DNA of 63,994 bases, counting the filler, from Intoshia linei (Eukaryota > Animalia > Orthonectida): assembly GCA_001642005.1 (NCBI GenBank). It is 12 parts of 12 records of this genome, joined end to end, with 100 filler letters (N's around TTAATTAATTAA, not from the genome) between each part and the next. Parts side by side here need not be neighbours in the genome. Positions count along the whole stretch, not along the records: positions 37,332 to 44,302 come from LWCA01001624.1; positions 44,403 to 55,323 come from LWCA01001229.1; positions 55,424 to 56,842 come from LWCA01002626.1; 9 more parts are not named here. One strand, 5' to 3'. Positions within the stretch are counted from its first letter, which is position 1. The number at the start of each line of letters is the position of its first letter. Shown here piece after piece: positions 42,140-56,942 of this stretch. The notes beneath the pieces were generated by a model. The model made no database searches and was not told the origin of the DNA. It saw nothing but the letters and a program-made list of their open reading frames with translations. The translations under genes were made by a program, and so were the position numbers.

Positions 42140-43824
42140 TAACTAAATTGACTGTTATGTGCGACGTACAAACAGCGCCTAGTTCTGCCAAGGGCGCACA
42201 TTGTTAATTCTACTCCAAAAAAATAAATTCAATAAAAAGATCTAACTTAAAAATTCTATTCATATTATTAGTTATTATTAATTCTTTAAACGAGTGGTTC
42301 CCAAACTTGTGTCATCACGGACTGGTCATTTGATAATATATTAAAAAATATTTTTCAGCAGGAATGTGTAGATTTCTGTTGTTAAAATTTTTTATTTGTA
42401 TCAACTGGAATAAGCTGTATCAGAATAATTTTTTTTAATTTAATTGATCATTAATTATTTAAAATTCTTTGTTTTGTAAGTAAAATAATTATATAATAAA
42501 AAAAAGTGAATCATAAAGTTTTTTTTTTACCATGAAGGCGTCACTTTATCAGATTTAAAAATTTGTATGTGTTCACTGGATATAACTGTTTTTTATATAT
42601 TCTAGGACTATTTTCATCTTTTAAAATAAGGGCAATATGGGGTTTTGATCATGAAATTGCACTTTTTTGAGATTGCCATCCTTACTTACATATAAAATAT
42701 ATAATATGCTACGCGATTTTTGTTTGTGTGTGTGTTACGCTTTATTTAAATAACTACCCGTCTTAGAATTTTATAAAGTCCACATTTCAGTTACAGTTTT
42801 TTCTCGGGATGTATAGTAAGATAAATTTCAATTTCCCAATTTAATATCTTACGGGTCAAAAACCCCAGTTGTCGCTTTTTTTGAAAATCAAACGAATTTG
42901 AGAATTACAAAAAATATATACGCTGATGCGGATTTTAAAATCATAAACATTATCATAAATTTAAATCAAAAAATTATATCTTAAGGGCCAAAACCCCAAA
43001 TTACTCCTTTTTTTTAATGAAAACAGCCCTAAATTTTAATAAAATTTACAGTTTTTACAGTTGTATCCTGTTTAAACACACAGAAAATTTCAATTCAAAT
43101 AAGTGATGACTTCACGGTCAAAAAAGAATTTTAGTATTCATATATTTTGTTTCCGATATATTTTATTAAAACAAAAAATGTGAAATATTTAAGGGTCCGA
43201 AAATTAAAAAAAAAATTATTCTGATAGAGCTTATGCCAGTTGATATAAATACAAAATTTCAATCCCAGAAATCTACGCATTCCTGGTGAAAAATAATTTT
43301 TAATATATTATCAACCATACTTTTCAAATATTTCGATTAAAATAAAAATTGAAAATGTAAATATTGATCTGTCAATGTCAAAAAAAATGTACATTGTACG
43401 TCTACACGTTTCCAATAAAGACATATGAGTGAAAATCTATATAATTGATTCCTTCGGAATTTTTTTCATTGCTATGCAATTTTTAAATTTAAAATTTTCA
43501 TTTTTAAAACATTTTTATTAAACATTCAAATTTAAATAAGTAACTACAACAACGAAACTACAAAACTTTGTTAACATTATTTTTATATTACAATCCTTTG
43601 CAATAATAGTAAAATTCAACTGAAATATTTATAAAGTGAACATTCAGTTAATTATTGATACACAATTGGTATTTTTAAGTTTATTAAATTGGTACTGAAT
43701 ATATGTCATCACATTGAAAATGACAAAATAGGTTTTTAAAATTTTATTTTTTCTGGAATTTATGCTATTTATAAAAATTTATAGGATTGGACTGTTTTTA
43801 CTTTAATTTTAATATTATACACAC
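42140..43824. mobile_element. Back-to-back Helitron copies (minus ~42140-42650; plus 42679-43824)
   Basis: 3'-end motif on minus strand at 42140; A|TCCTTACTTACATATAAAA 5' end with (TG)n tract at 42679. Confidence 0.8.
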
Positions 43825-44402
43825 TAGGGTGTCACACCCATCAAAGAATCAAGGGCAATTAGCACTAAAAGTGTGTATTTTTAAAATAGAAAAACTAATT
43901 CGCAATCAAAAATATTTAACGCTATCTATTCGAGTTGCGTTTGTTATTTTAAATATCACTGTATAAATATTATGAAGAAATTAAAACTGAACTTTATTTT
44001 AACTGAAATCGGCATTTGAGCTTTTAAACATGGTACCGCCTTTATAATACTGTTCTCCATGTTTAGTTATGCAGTTTATTTGTTTAAATTTGTTTCTAGT
44101 TCAATTTTTTTAGATTTTATTAACAATTTAATTTCTCGAATTCTGGTTATTTACAATATAATAAATTTATTCAAATACAAGACATTCACGATCTTGTTAA
44201 TCATGGTTGCAATGAATATGGTCAATACAGAGATTCCATAATATACCTAAATTTATTAGATATTTTTTGTTAAAATAACTTTTAAGTCATTTTTTAGAAG
44301 CANNNNNNNNNNNNNNNNNNNNNNNNNNNNNNNNNNNNNNNNNNNNTTAATTAATTAANNNNNNNNNNNNNNNNNNNNNNNNNNNNNNNNNNNNNNNNNN
44401 NN

Positions 44403-45667
44403 ATTATTCTGCAGATCGTTAAATGATTACACGACGGGAGAGGCAATTTTTCTAAAGGTGTATGAATTTTTCAGGTAGTTCTGTCTTAAATGGAATAATT
44501 TCATTGGTATTTGTACTGATGGTGCAGCTGCAATGACTGGTAGACTGAATGGATTTTATTCTAAAGTTAGACCAACGTGTATTAATCCTATTAATTTTAC
44601 ACATTGCATGATTCACCGAGAAGGGCTCGTCTCTAAGAAAATTTCAGAGGATTTGAATTCTGTTTTACTAGACTCCACTAAAATCATTAATTTTATATTA
44701 TCTCGCGCCCTTAATACGCAAGTTTTTGCAAATTTATGTGATTCTATGAAGTCTAACCTCAACTCTTTATTAACCTTTACTATTATTGATATACGGTGGC
44801 TTTCAAGAGGAAGAGCTTTGAAACGTCTATTAATGTTAAAAAGTGAAGTTATTCTATTTTTCTCGGAAAATAACAAAATTAGGAAAATTTTTACAAAACA
44901 GAAATTGGATGTGGAAATTATATTATTTGTCAGATTTATTTGAAAAATTAAATGAATTGAATATTTCACTTTAAGGAGACCATGCTAATATTTTTAAATT
45001 ATTAATAAAATCTAAAATTCAGGACTTTATAAACAAATTAATATTATGGAAAAATAAAATTGAAAAAAATCTATATGAAATATTTTCTGATACAGAAAAT
45101 TATATTGCTGATAATGCATTGAATATGGATTCTATTAAGGTTGTAATTATTGAACACTTACAGAACTTACAAACCAACTTCACAAAATATTTTTTACCGG
45201 AATTAACCAATAATAAATTTGATTGGATACAAAGTCCATTTTTCGATGAAATCAGTAATGTTGATCACTTAGAATTAGAGATACAAGAAGAATTTCCATC
45301 TCTATCAAAAATGGCTATAACTATTCTTCTTCCGTTTTCTACCACTTATCTAGATGACTCAGCCTTTTCAAAGATGACCGAAATAAAAAAAAAATAGCGT
45401 TCCAGTCTTAAGGATATAGAAATGGTTCTAAGACCAACAATCACAAAGATTAAGCCTCAATTTAATTTATTATGTAAAAAGCAACAATTACGTACATATC
45501 ATTAAAATTTATATAATTATTTTTATTTTATTGATAAGCGTTATTTTCGTGTCTTCATTTCCAATCACTGTGTACATTTTTAGGCTACCAACTTAGTAGT
45601 TTTTTTAATAAAATGTATATTATTTTGATGAACAGGGGTCGTGAGTTAAAAAGTGTGAGAAGCCCTG
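44403..45667 (+). pseudogene. hAT transposase (Buster/FAM200/SCAND3-like) with right terminus
   Basis: CTDGAAAMTG, HCMIHRE, RWLSRG, PFSTTY; ends GAGAAGCCCTG. Confidence 0.9.
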
Positions 45668-46552
45668 GTATAAATTATAAAACTAACTTTCTAATACACT
45701 TTTTCGCCAGTGATGTTTATATCTAAGTTACATTTCAGAAATTGAGTCTTTCAGGGTCAAAAACCGAATTTGTCCTTTTTTTAAAAAATAAAATTAGCTT
45801 AAAATTTTAAAAAACATATATTCTGGTTGCGTTTTAAAACCATTAACATTGTCGTAAATTTCAGTCTTAAAAACGCACAACGTCATGTCAAAACTACAAA
45901 TTACTTTCAAATATGCCTATTTTATGCCTTTTTAAAAAAAATCTGGTCGTAATACAAAAAAACTGATTTCACCGTCTTGATTAAAATTAAAATTTCTTCC
46001 AGGCGCACTAAATTTAACTCTTGCATACGAAAAAAGTAGTCTTTATTGAACTGTTACAATTTTAAATTATTATTTACTTATTTTAGGAAATTGAAAATAG
46101 TCATAGGTCAAAATTGGATGAAGTTTGCTTCAGACAAACTAATGATGTTGTCAACAATTTACGAAGCAAAGATTCTAAACAGAATCGTGATAAAATGCGT
46201 AACTTGCAATCCAATATTGCTGAAGCTCTTAAGAAACGTTGATAAATTTTCATATACAATTTGTTAAACCTTTCAAATTTAAATAAATCATAACAATAAA
46301 TTTATTTGTTCCTAATTTTGCAAATATTTATACAATTGCAAAATGTGTTGTACTTTTCTTGGAATGTATTTTAATAGTCATAAAACAATACTACATGCAG
46401 ACTTTTCACTTCCTTATCATTTCGAAACCTTTAAACATGAAAATGAAAAACGGCCGCGTTTTTTTATTCTACCAATAAAAAATTCAACTAAAGGAATTTT
46501 AAATTGGTTCAATTTTACTAATATTGAAATTATAACTTTATTGTGCTTCAGA

Positions 46553-49500
46553 ATGAAACGCAAAGTGAACGATTGTAAAACAATTGATAAAGAAAATGAT
46601 CAAGTTTCGTAATTTTAACGAAAAAATGAAATAATCCTGTATTTAGAGATTTAAGTTATAATATATCCTCATCTGAATTAGACACATCTTTTGATGCCGC
46701 TTTTTCATCGGGTATATTTTGTTTGATTTGATTTGTTTTTTTTTAATTGATAAATGCTAGATAATGAATATGAAGACATGTAATATTAAATTAAACAAAC
46801 TTGTCAACAATATGTATTTGTATTATTTTTAAATAGTAAAGGATTTCACCAGTTTCATAGATGTACAGTTTTAACTGTTATCGAAGAAGGGTAAATTTAA
46901 AAAAATTAGTCTAAAAGTATATATAGTGACATAAAAATTTTAAATGTAACCTCGAATAATTGTATCAAAAAAATTGAATTGCATGATTCCTGGTAATTTT
47001 TATCAACATTTATACATTAGCTTGTTACAGGGTAAATACCGAATTGAAATCTGGATCTGTTGTAAACATAGTTTATTCAATTAATTGTACAATTGGCAGT
47101 ACAGTTATTGTCGATAATAATAACCATTTTCTCATTGTTGATCCAGACATTTGTATTGCTGGAACAACTATAGTTAGCTGCTTACGATGCCCCAGACAGT
47201 ATAATTATATTATATTTATTACATCATATTAGATCCATCCTAGATTTGATTTTTAAGGTAGTTTTTATTCATTTATTTTATCACAATTAATTAATTAATT
47301 ACAAGCATATAAATACATTGTGTAAAAATTCATCATTTTACTAGGTTTAAAGTTTAAACTTTACAACGTTGATTGTAATAATTTTCTTTTTTTGGATTAG
47401 TCATGTCAAACGACTTATTTTTCACATTATGGATATCTCCGGTGTCCGGTTTTACCTCTATAGCTTTTTTAGGATTAGTTACTTAATGTTTTAAAATTTA
47501 AATTGTGACATAAATGTTTTATATTTTTTAAATGTCATAAATGTATTAATTTAAATTTTTTATTTTTAATATCGTTTTATTTCCGTTTTAATTATTTATT
47601 ATTAGTATAATTTTATATCCAATAAAGCAATGATAATTGGAAATATTGTCCACAATGTGACTCAAAAGGTTTTATATTTATTGTATAATAATATAATAAT
47701 TATATTATATATAATAAGTCATTATTCAGCTCATAAAAAAAATAAAAATCATAAAAAGAAGGTCTCATAAATTTTACTACTATCGTACTGACCTCATTTT
47801 ATAATAATAGTATTAGTAATACTATTATTAATTAAAAAATTTTTACAAGCGTTATATTTACGTATATTTTATGTTTTTTTTTGAGGGAGTACCAATTGGT
47901 GAGAATTTAAAAATTGCGTAGCAATGAAAAAATTCCGAAGGAATGAATTATATAGATTTTCACCCATATTTCTTTATTGGAAATGTGTAGACGTTCAATG
48001 AACATTTTTTTGAAATTGTAGGATCAATATTTACATTTTCAATTTTTATTTTAATCGAAATATTTGAAAAATATTGGTTGATAATATATAAAAAATTATG
48101 TATTAACTGGAATAACCTTAATCAGAATAATCTCTTTTTTTTAATTCTCGGACCTTTAATTATTTCACATTTTTTGTTTTAATAAAATATTTCGGAAAAA
48201 AAAAATATAAATAATAAAATGCTTTTTTGACCGTGAAGTCGTCACTTATTTGGATTGAAATTTTTTGTGTGTTTTAACAGGATACAAGTATGATATAACT
48301 GTACCACTTGTAACATTTTGTAAATTCTAGGGCTGTTTTCATTAAAAAAAGAAGGGTAATTTGTGGTTTTGGCCCTGAAGATATTTTTTTTAAATTTAAA
48401 TTCATGATAATGTTTATGATTTTAAAATCCGTATCAGCGTATATATTTTTTTAAATTCTCGAACTCGTTTGATTTTCAAAAAAAAGACAATTGGGATATA
48501 TATTTTTTTAAATTCTCCAACTCGTTTGATTTTCAAAAAGAGGGACAATGTTTTAAATTCTCTAACTCTTTGATTTTTAAAAAGAGGGACAATTGGATTT
48601 TTGGCCCGTAAGATGTGAGTTTTAGAGGTTGAAATTTATCTTATTATACGTCCCGGAAAAAACTGTAATTGAAATGTGGAGTTTATAAAATTCTAAGACT
48701 GGTAGTTATTTCAATAAAGTGGAACACACACACAAACAAAAATCCCGTAGCATATTATATAAGTTTTATTTTATATAAGCAATTTTGTAAAACTGGAATT
48801 TTTTCTAAAGGGTTTTTAAACCGAATTTTTTCTGTTAGGGTTGGTAAAAATGATCGGATTTTAATAAAAATGATTGGATTTAAGTAGACACCCTTATATA
48901 AGTAAGGATGGTTTTAAGCGAAATTTTTTTTACCATATTTTAAAGAAAGTTTAAGGGAATTTTATTTGACCATATTTTCGGGAGGTTTTTAGATAAATTT
49001 TTTAACCATACTTTAAAGAGGGTTGAGAAATTTTATTTTACCATATTTGAAAGAAGGTTTTGTGCAAATTTTATTTAACTATATTTTAAGAGGGTTTTTA
49101 TGGGATATTTTTTTATCACATTTTCAGAGGGGCTTTTAGGGAAATTTTTTTATATAAAAATTTTAAAGAGCATTTTAGGCGATTAATTTTACAATTGGTA
49201 ACTTTAACAAGAACTTTTACTTAAAATTTAATGGGTTTGGGTTTTTTAATTATAATTTTGTTTGTTCCATCTTTTCTACGAAAGTGAGATGTGTAAAATT
49301 TTAAAAACATCAATTTATAATACAATTTTTCGAGAATTAGATTATATTGCAAATTAGATTATAGAAATTTAGTCTTTCAGGGTTTCAGGCTAAAAAACAC
49401 CAATTATCTTTTTTTTAAAAATAAAACTGGAACTAAAATTTTTTTAAATCTATATTCTGATACATATTTTAAATCATGAACATTATAAATTTAAATTTCA

Positions 49501-52500
49501 TAACTTATATCTTTATTTTTCATTAAAAGATTAGTAATAGTGAATAGTGGCATTTTATGTAAGATTTTATGTTTTTGGTACAATTAGAAAATTCCACCCT
49601 CGGCGGAGCTAGGTGTCAGAGCTGTAAAAAAAAGCCAAGATGGTATGTTTATAATATACATTTAGGTTATACAACAACCAGATATTGTGAAAAAATTGAC
49701 TAATGAATCTTTGAAGCAAATGCTATTAAACGAAATGTACAATGTGGGATATATTTATCAAATGTTTTTATTTTTTTAGGAATTATGTCATTATCTTGTA
49801 CAAAATTTTGAAATTTTTGTGACTTGGTGTTGTAGATAAAAAGGCATTATAATTGCGACCCAATTAAGGTTTACAAGTGTGCGTTTCTGAAATTTTATAG
49901 AAAATCCCCAGGTGTCCGCATGGACTACATTGAGAATATCTGTTTTGGTCTACAAATATTACTTATTAAAACCCATCAGGGCAATGTAATTAATTTGCGG
50001 CACTTTAAATTCGTGTAGATGTATAGTTATCGAATATGATTCTTTTGAATTTTTATATATTTAGGTTTTGTATCGGAATAATGGAAAATGATGTTGAATT
50101 GGAATTGCTGACTTATATCAATCCAATAAAATCAATTATTCAAGGATTTTTTAATACAATTCGTAAAAAAGATAATATTAAGATAAAGAATATAGACTAT
50201 ATTGAAGAGTCGATATGGTGCATGGTTTACGGTATTCGTGGTAGAATAGACATATCTGCAAAAGGTTACATGGATGGAGAATGTGAAATGCTTAATATGG
50301 CAATTGAATTGAAATCAGGAAAAGCTACATTTTCTTCTGAACATGTAGGACAAGTTTTATTGTACATATTGCTCATGTCGTTCAAGAGAAATGTAAAGTT
50401 GGAGTACGGGTGGCTTAGCTATATCAAACATAATTTAACCAAGAGTGTAAAATTTAATTACAACGTAATTAAAGGGTTGATGCAGACGCGCAACAATTTA
50501 ATAAAAAATTTTAGTACAACAAATTTACCAAAGACTATAAACATTGAGAGACAATGTACACGATGTTTCCAGAAAACAGCTTGTGCGCTTTGTTATTACA
50601 ATAAAGAGGAGGAATCTGATGGTGAAGATTTTTTTGACTTTGAGGAAGAATTACCCAGTTTTATTGACGATTCCGTTACTCATTTAAAAAAAAACGAAAT
50701 TAAATATTTTAGTAAAAAATATGAAATTCTTAATTATGAAGAAGAATACAAAATATCAAAATATAACCCAAACAGAATCTGGACATTGTCGGCAGAAGAA
50801 TGTGAAAGCCAACAAACGTGCCTCAGTAATGTAAAAATAGATTTTGACAAAAGTTTTGCCTTAAAAAACAATTTTAATAATTTCAATAAACTTGTGTGCT
50901 TTACGCGGAGTATCGATTTTGATGGAGCCACTCAATCTACAGATACTCTGGATCATTCCATGTTGGGTTGTGAATCATTGTTACATGCTGGATTGTGTGT
51001 GAAAGATCCAGTAGTAATCAGCGTTCAAAATTCTATAGTAAATATTTGTATAGCCAACGGTTTCATTGATACGGTTGAAGATGACCAATTGACAATTTTA
51101 TGTACTGATCAATTTTATAAAAATTATAGTGACAACACTATATATCGAATAGATAAAATTAGTAATTATTTCGATTCCATGAAACGAGACATTTCTTACA
51201 TTTACTTTTTAATGTCTGACAACGTCAAGAGTTCTCGACTTAGAAAATTTTTAATCCATGATGAAATTCCACAGTTTTCCGATTCACGTGTATTCAATAA
51301 AATGATGTCTACCCAACCGATATTACAGAAATTATTCGATAGTTTAAATAAATACCAACAAAACGCTGTTCTAAAAGTATTGGCATGTAAGGATTATGCT
51401 TTAATTAATGGTTTCCCGGGGTCCGGGAAATCCTATACTATAATAGTTTTGGTTCAAATTTATCTACTTGTTTTTCCTCAGTCAAAAATTTTAATTTCAA
51501 GTTGCACTAATGCGGCAATAGACAATATTCTGGAAAAATTTAACGAGGTAGATCAAGATTATTGTAGAATGGGATATTCTGGATCAAATGAACAAATTAT
51601 GAACCAGAGTTTTGCAATTTTAACCAAGAATATTAAAAGTGTCAAAGAAATGAAATTATTTTTTGATAGACAACGAGTTGTAGCTTGCACGTGTTTTAGT
51701 TTGGTCAATAATCTTATTCATTTGTTTCCCTCTGGTTTGCAAAATTTACAAAACAATGATTCATACTTTTTCGATCTTGTTATTCTTGATGAAGCCACTC
51801 AAATTTCGGAATCTCTTTCCGTTGGATCTCTTCTGATGGCAGAAAAGTTTGTTTTAATTGGGGATGTACATCAATTACCACCTATTGTTTCTTCTCATAA
51901 AGCAAGTCAACTCGGCATGTCGGTTAGTTTATTTGAACGTCTCACTAGAATTGAAAATAATCAAGCTACAGTTAGTTTAAATGCTCAATACAGAATGAAT
52001 AGGTAAATATTATCGGAAATTAGCCCATTTGATGATCAGTGGTGACGGATCAGTTTCAGGGTAGTCTTTATTTCTTTGGAAAGTTATTTCTACATTTTAT
52101 ATTTTAATTATTTGATTCGATTTAGAACTATCATGAGTATAGCTAATGATCTCATATATGAAAACTGTCTAGTTTGTGGAAATGAAACTATTGCTAATCG
52201 AGTGTTACCTAAATTGGACGTTGATGTATATTTTTAACAATTAAATGTAAAAGTTTTTTAAATGGGTGTGTAACAATTTTTTAAAAATTAAACTTAGAAG
52301 AACATTTAAGGTCAATGTTTTTATTGTCACATTTAAATTTTTTATTGATTTTAAAAGGAAACAACAAGGCAAAAAAAATAATACCACTATCTTACCCAAA
52401 TTTTTTATACATACATACATACATAAAATCGCATACACATACGGGTACCCACGGGTACATATACTAAATAATACCCTTTCATATTTAAATTTGATTTTTG

Positions 52501-53769
52501 TTTTATTAAATCTCAGTAAAGTGTGGTGTTTTTGTCTAAATGGTTGGTAAATATCGATTTTTCAGTAAATTATAATTTTTTATTAAACAGTTGAGATATA
52601 TTATTACCTTAATCAATGTTCTATTTCTAGATTACCATCTAATCATTAGATCAGGGTGCACAACGTGCGGCCGTTAGAGCGTTTATGTGTGGCCGTGGGC
52701 AATACATTTGATCATAATATATCATTTTACTTCAAATTGAAAAGTTAAATCGAGATTTTATTTAAGGTCTATTTAAAATATTTTAATCGAAAAGTTACAT
52801 TTTTGACTTTGCCCCTATTTATCAAATGTTATTGAAAGCACACAAAATCAAGGCAGTCACTGATATTTTTTTTATGTCATTATTAATATTTAAATATTTT
52901 TATATGTCTTCCACTCTAATGTATCAACAAATAGGTTTTTAATGGAACTTTTTTCTGTTGTCCAAATATTATTAATTATTTATCGAAAAATTAATGATTA
53001 ATTTTTTTTCAAAAAAATATTAGTAAGAGGAGATTTTTCAAATTTTTTTTTTAAAATCAGATTTTTTCTTATGGAATCAGTCAAAAGAATTATTCATCTA
53101 AAAATTTGGAAAAAAAATATTGGTAAAAAGGGATTTCTTCCTTAAGGGTTGGTAAAATTTTGTTTTTTTCTCATAAGATTATACATAATTGGATAATTTA
53201 ATGAAATAGTTGAAAATTGTAGATTAGCCTACAATCATCTAAATTTTCGTATTCACCCCTTGGGGTGACCAGTCACCCTCATGAGAAGCACTGCATTAAT
53301 CCTAATATTGATATTTATTCCGATTCAGATAAATGACAAATGTGGTGTTAATTTATATGAGTGAATTAAGGATTAATTTTAATTGAAAATTATTAATTAA
53401 AACTTGCTGATATTAAAATTCAAAGATCACTATTTTATTAGACTTAAAATTTAGGTCCAGAGTAAACTTTCTCAATGTCGAAGTAAATTTTGTGCGGCCG
53501 TAGCATTAATGAGAAAAGTAGCATTATGGCTGAATTGGTGGAAAAGTTGTGCACCCCTGTGCACCATAAATTTTATATACAGTCGGTAAAATATGACCAC
53601 TACTTCGTTCACAATTTAAATCACAGTATTTTTAAAGAGTTATGGCTTAATCAAGAAACCATTTTAATTATCTTTTTTGTTTTAATTAATGTTATAGGTC
53701 AAACAAAGATTATTTAAAATTTATTCAAATGAATTATCACATGCTGTCGTTTTTATTAATGCAATACAG
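46553..53769 (+). CDS. DNA2: DNA replication helicase/nuclease 2, multi-exon, 3' end missing from contig, start uncertain
   Basis: LIVDPD...CPR, IGNIVH, IEESIW...GIRGRIDIS...ELKSGK nuclease motifs, CTRCFQKTAC Fe-S cysteines, GFPGSGKS, DEATQ, GDVHQLPP, SLFERL, QYRMN. Confidence 0.95.
47905..48908 (-). mobile_element. Non-autonomous Helitron in DNA2 intron
   Basis: Reverse complement of 42679-43490 with 5' end A|TCCTTACTTA at 48908; internal ~45-bp triplication 48440-48600. Confidence 0.8.
48910..49185. repeat. Degenerate ~46-bp minisatellite
   Basis: About six units containing TTT.ACCATATTTT.AAGA.GG. Confidence 0.7.
52652..53559. mobile_element. hAT-type MITE in DNA2 intron
   Basis: CAGGGTGCACAAC ... 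GTTGTGCACCCCTG with subterminal TGCGGCCG motifs; no clear TSD. Confidence 0.75.
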
Positions 53770-55811
53770 GTTTAATATACATTTAAGTCTACTTATAATA
53801 TTTTAATTTCTAAAATAAGTAATTAAATCATATTAATTTAACAGCAGTACAAATTAATTTATAAAATACTTTTCTTTTATTTTTTAAAAAAAGGTAATTT
53901 GTGGTTTTGATGGTGAAAATACACTTTTTGAGGTTGTGATTTATGGTAATGTTTATAATTTTAAAATCTATACAACAATTTATGTTGTACAAAATTCTAG
54001 GAGTTTTTTCATTTTCACAAAAAAGTGTAATTTGAAGTTTTTACAGTAAAGATATAAGATTTTGAGATTTAAATGTATAATAATGTTGATGATTTTAAAA
54101 TCTTTATCAGATTGTGTATTTTTTATAATTCTAGGATTCGTTTGAATTTAAAAAAAGGATAATTGGGTTTTTGACCTTGGAGGACTCAATTTATGAAAAT
54201 GAAATTTGCAATAAAACATCACACTCCAAAAACTGTATTAGAAATATGGAATTTTTAAAAATCGACTCGATTTTATTAAATAAATAAACAGACATATATT
54301 TTTAACTAAATTACTTTATATACTACTGCAGTGGTATCTCTCAATATTGATCACTTTTAACGAAGATATCCACTTAATGTTGTCAATTTTAAAGTCCTGG
54401 TACTCCGTAAATTCATAAAAAATGCACTATATCAAATTTGATACATTCGTGACGAAAGGGATAATATGAGAATTATAAAAATTACATATTTTTTTAAAGC
54501 GGTAACTTTTGAGATGTTGCGACATTAAATGCCAACTATTTTTATGAAGGGTCGTTTTAGATGGTAATTTTTGAGAGCGACCACTGAATAAGAGAATGAT
54601 CTTGCCACATTTCTCGATAAAAATCAAAATAAATTTAAAATTTTTTTTCATTTTGTATATGTAGGTCGTGAAAGTTATCAGTATCATTGTCAATATAATG
54701 GCAGTGTAATAGATTTCTTTTTTTAGTTTAGTATTTATACTTTTTATGTTATTGATTTATTAATTGTAATTGTATATTAGAATCGATCCATCATTTCAAA
54801 TTGTCGTAATTATTTGGAATCAAGTATTGTTTCTACCATTGTTGCTAATTTTCTTAAGGTTATTTTAAATTTCCTATATTTCCTGATTTGATTAAGTTCC
54901 TGAGACAATATTGTATTATTATTATACAGTTCCAAACCTACTGTACCCAACAACCGTCTTTTGTGACCTCGAAGAAATTTTTGTAAACTGGGGCGTCATT
55001 TTTCCAAATTAATATGAAAAAATTATATTCTTGAACATCATAACTATTTTGTGTTAAATTTAAAATTCCAAGTCAAGAGTCTTGGAGAGGTTGATAGGGT
55101 TCTTAGTTAAATTTTTATAAGGGTTAAATTTTCAATTTCAGTAGTATCTATCTTTGTAGATTCTGCTCTACAACGATATGTAGATTTTATTAATGTTTAG
55201 ACCTTAAAATTGAAACTTAAAACTGTCAAATTGTACAAAGTATTGATTATATATTATTACTATTAGGTTATTCACAAAGTAATGTCGTTTTTATAACTAT
55301 AATTAAAACTTCTATAATAACAANNNNNNNNNNNNNNNNNNNNNNNNNNNNNNNNNNNNNNNNNNNNTTAATTAATTAANNNNNNNNNNNNNNNNNNNNN
55401 NNNNNNNNNNNNNNNNNNNNNNNCTAAATCTGTTTGAAGAATCATGTCTTGCTGGCTTGGTTCGGCTTCATCTGCACAATCCTCTTATATCATTTTTTTC
55501 ACTTTCTTCATTTGTTTTATCGGCTGTGGCAATATTTTCAATCTATATGTATATTAACAAAACTTATATTAGTATTCGGAATCTTGCAATCTATCAAATA
55601 AAATATGTTCAAACAAGATCTACATTATATGCAGTCTATATGAATAGTGAATTTAATCAGAATAAAATGTACATTTGTGCCGTAAAAGTAGTAGTACGAA
55701 TGGAAATGGAGTAACAGACCACAAACGCGTCCATTAAGTAAAGCAAGCAGCAAGTAGTTTGATTTAAGTTGTTACTGTGAATCAGGTAATGCTGGAAAAA
55801 TCAATAACATA

Positions 55812-56842
55812 TTCATGCATTTACACGAACTACATTCACTATCTTCGCTTTCTTATTTTGATATTCATGAACTGTGGAAACATCAGCACCAGTTCACTGT
55901 TTCAACAATTTCTTTTCATGATGAGTAAATGTCAAGTATTTAACATCATTAACGGTTGGCACACTAAACAAGCCTGATATTTTTATGACAAAACATGAAG
56001 AATATACTTCATGTGCGGATTTTAAGATTGAATCGAAACCAAAATCATGATGCAATCTGTTGTAAGAGGGGATAGACGATATATAACATCAACAGGACAT
56101 CTATAAGACAAAGATAGCACCGAAGTTATTTTAATAAGGTTAGGTAATGATGCATATCTGAGATAAAAGTCTGGTAGTCTAGTGACAAAAGGAATTTGCA
56201 TAAAATCACCTACAAAATATAAATCAGTAGTACCACACACAAACGCACAAAGCAATAAAGCACCAGGATGTGACATCAATGCCTCGTCAAAATACATCTT
56301 GTCAGTTCTTTCAACATCATTATTGTTCAATAAATAAGATGCGACTGTTCTTACCAATTTATTCTGCTTGTGTTTACTCAAAATTGGTATTTTATGGTAT
56401 TGATTCATGCGATTTCCCACGTCATCTCTACCCTCACATGTATTCACAATTATAGTATCAACTTTTTCACCATTCATGATAGAGTTAGCATTACTAATAA
56501 TGTGTGTGGTCTTTCCTGTGCCTGGTACGGCTTGTATAAATGTATATTTTACATCATACAAAGTCGGAAATGTCAAAAATTGACGTACAATGTCTATCTC
56601 CATTCCTATTTCACAGTAATCGTTCACCGCACATAAGTCATCTTTGAAAGTTCCTAGTTTCGAAAAGTCATGGAACTCATTCTTTGAGAAAAATTTGCTA
56701 TAGTTGGGTTTTATTTCTTTAGGTTCTAAAAGGTATATCATAAAGTCACTACTAATTTTGAATAAAACATAATAGCTTAAAATGTACCATTATTAATATA
56801 TTTCCTTATTCTATTTGGTAAATAGATTTAAGTCTAATTTGT
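55812..56842 (-). pseudogene. Endogenous viral element: virga/nege-like superfamily-1 RNA helicase (Viral_helicase1), decayed
   Basis: AVPGTGKT (I), RTVASYL (Ia), FDEALMSHPG (II), GDFMQIPF (III), SYRCPVDV (IV) in ORF 56022-56741; after disruption KYLTFTHHEK..*..TVHEYQNK.A..V.VVR (V) at ~55815-55960. Confidence 0.92.
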
Positions 56843-56942
56843 NNNNNNNNNNNNNNNNNNNNNNNNNNNNNNNNNNNNNNNNNNNNTTAATTAATTAANN
56901 NNNNNNNNNNNNNNNNNNNNNNNNNNNNNNNNNNNNNNNNNN

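Noticed and set aside
50036-52006. DNA2 helicase as a Helitron or viral helicase, or a Cas4-like system
   Set aside because: Intron-containing gene with the standard DNA2 nuclease, Fe-S and helicase layout
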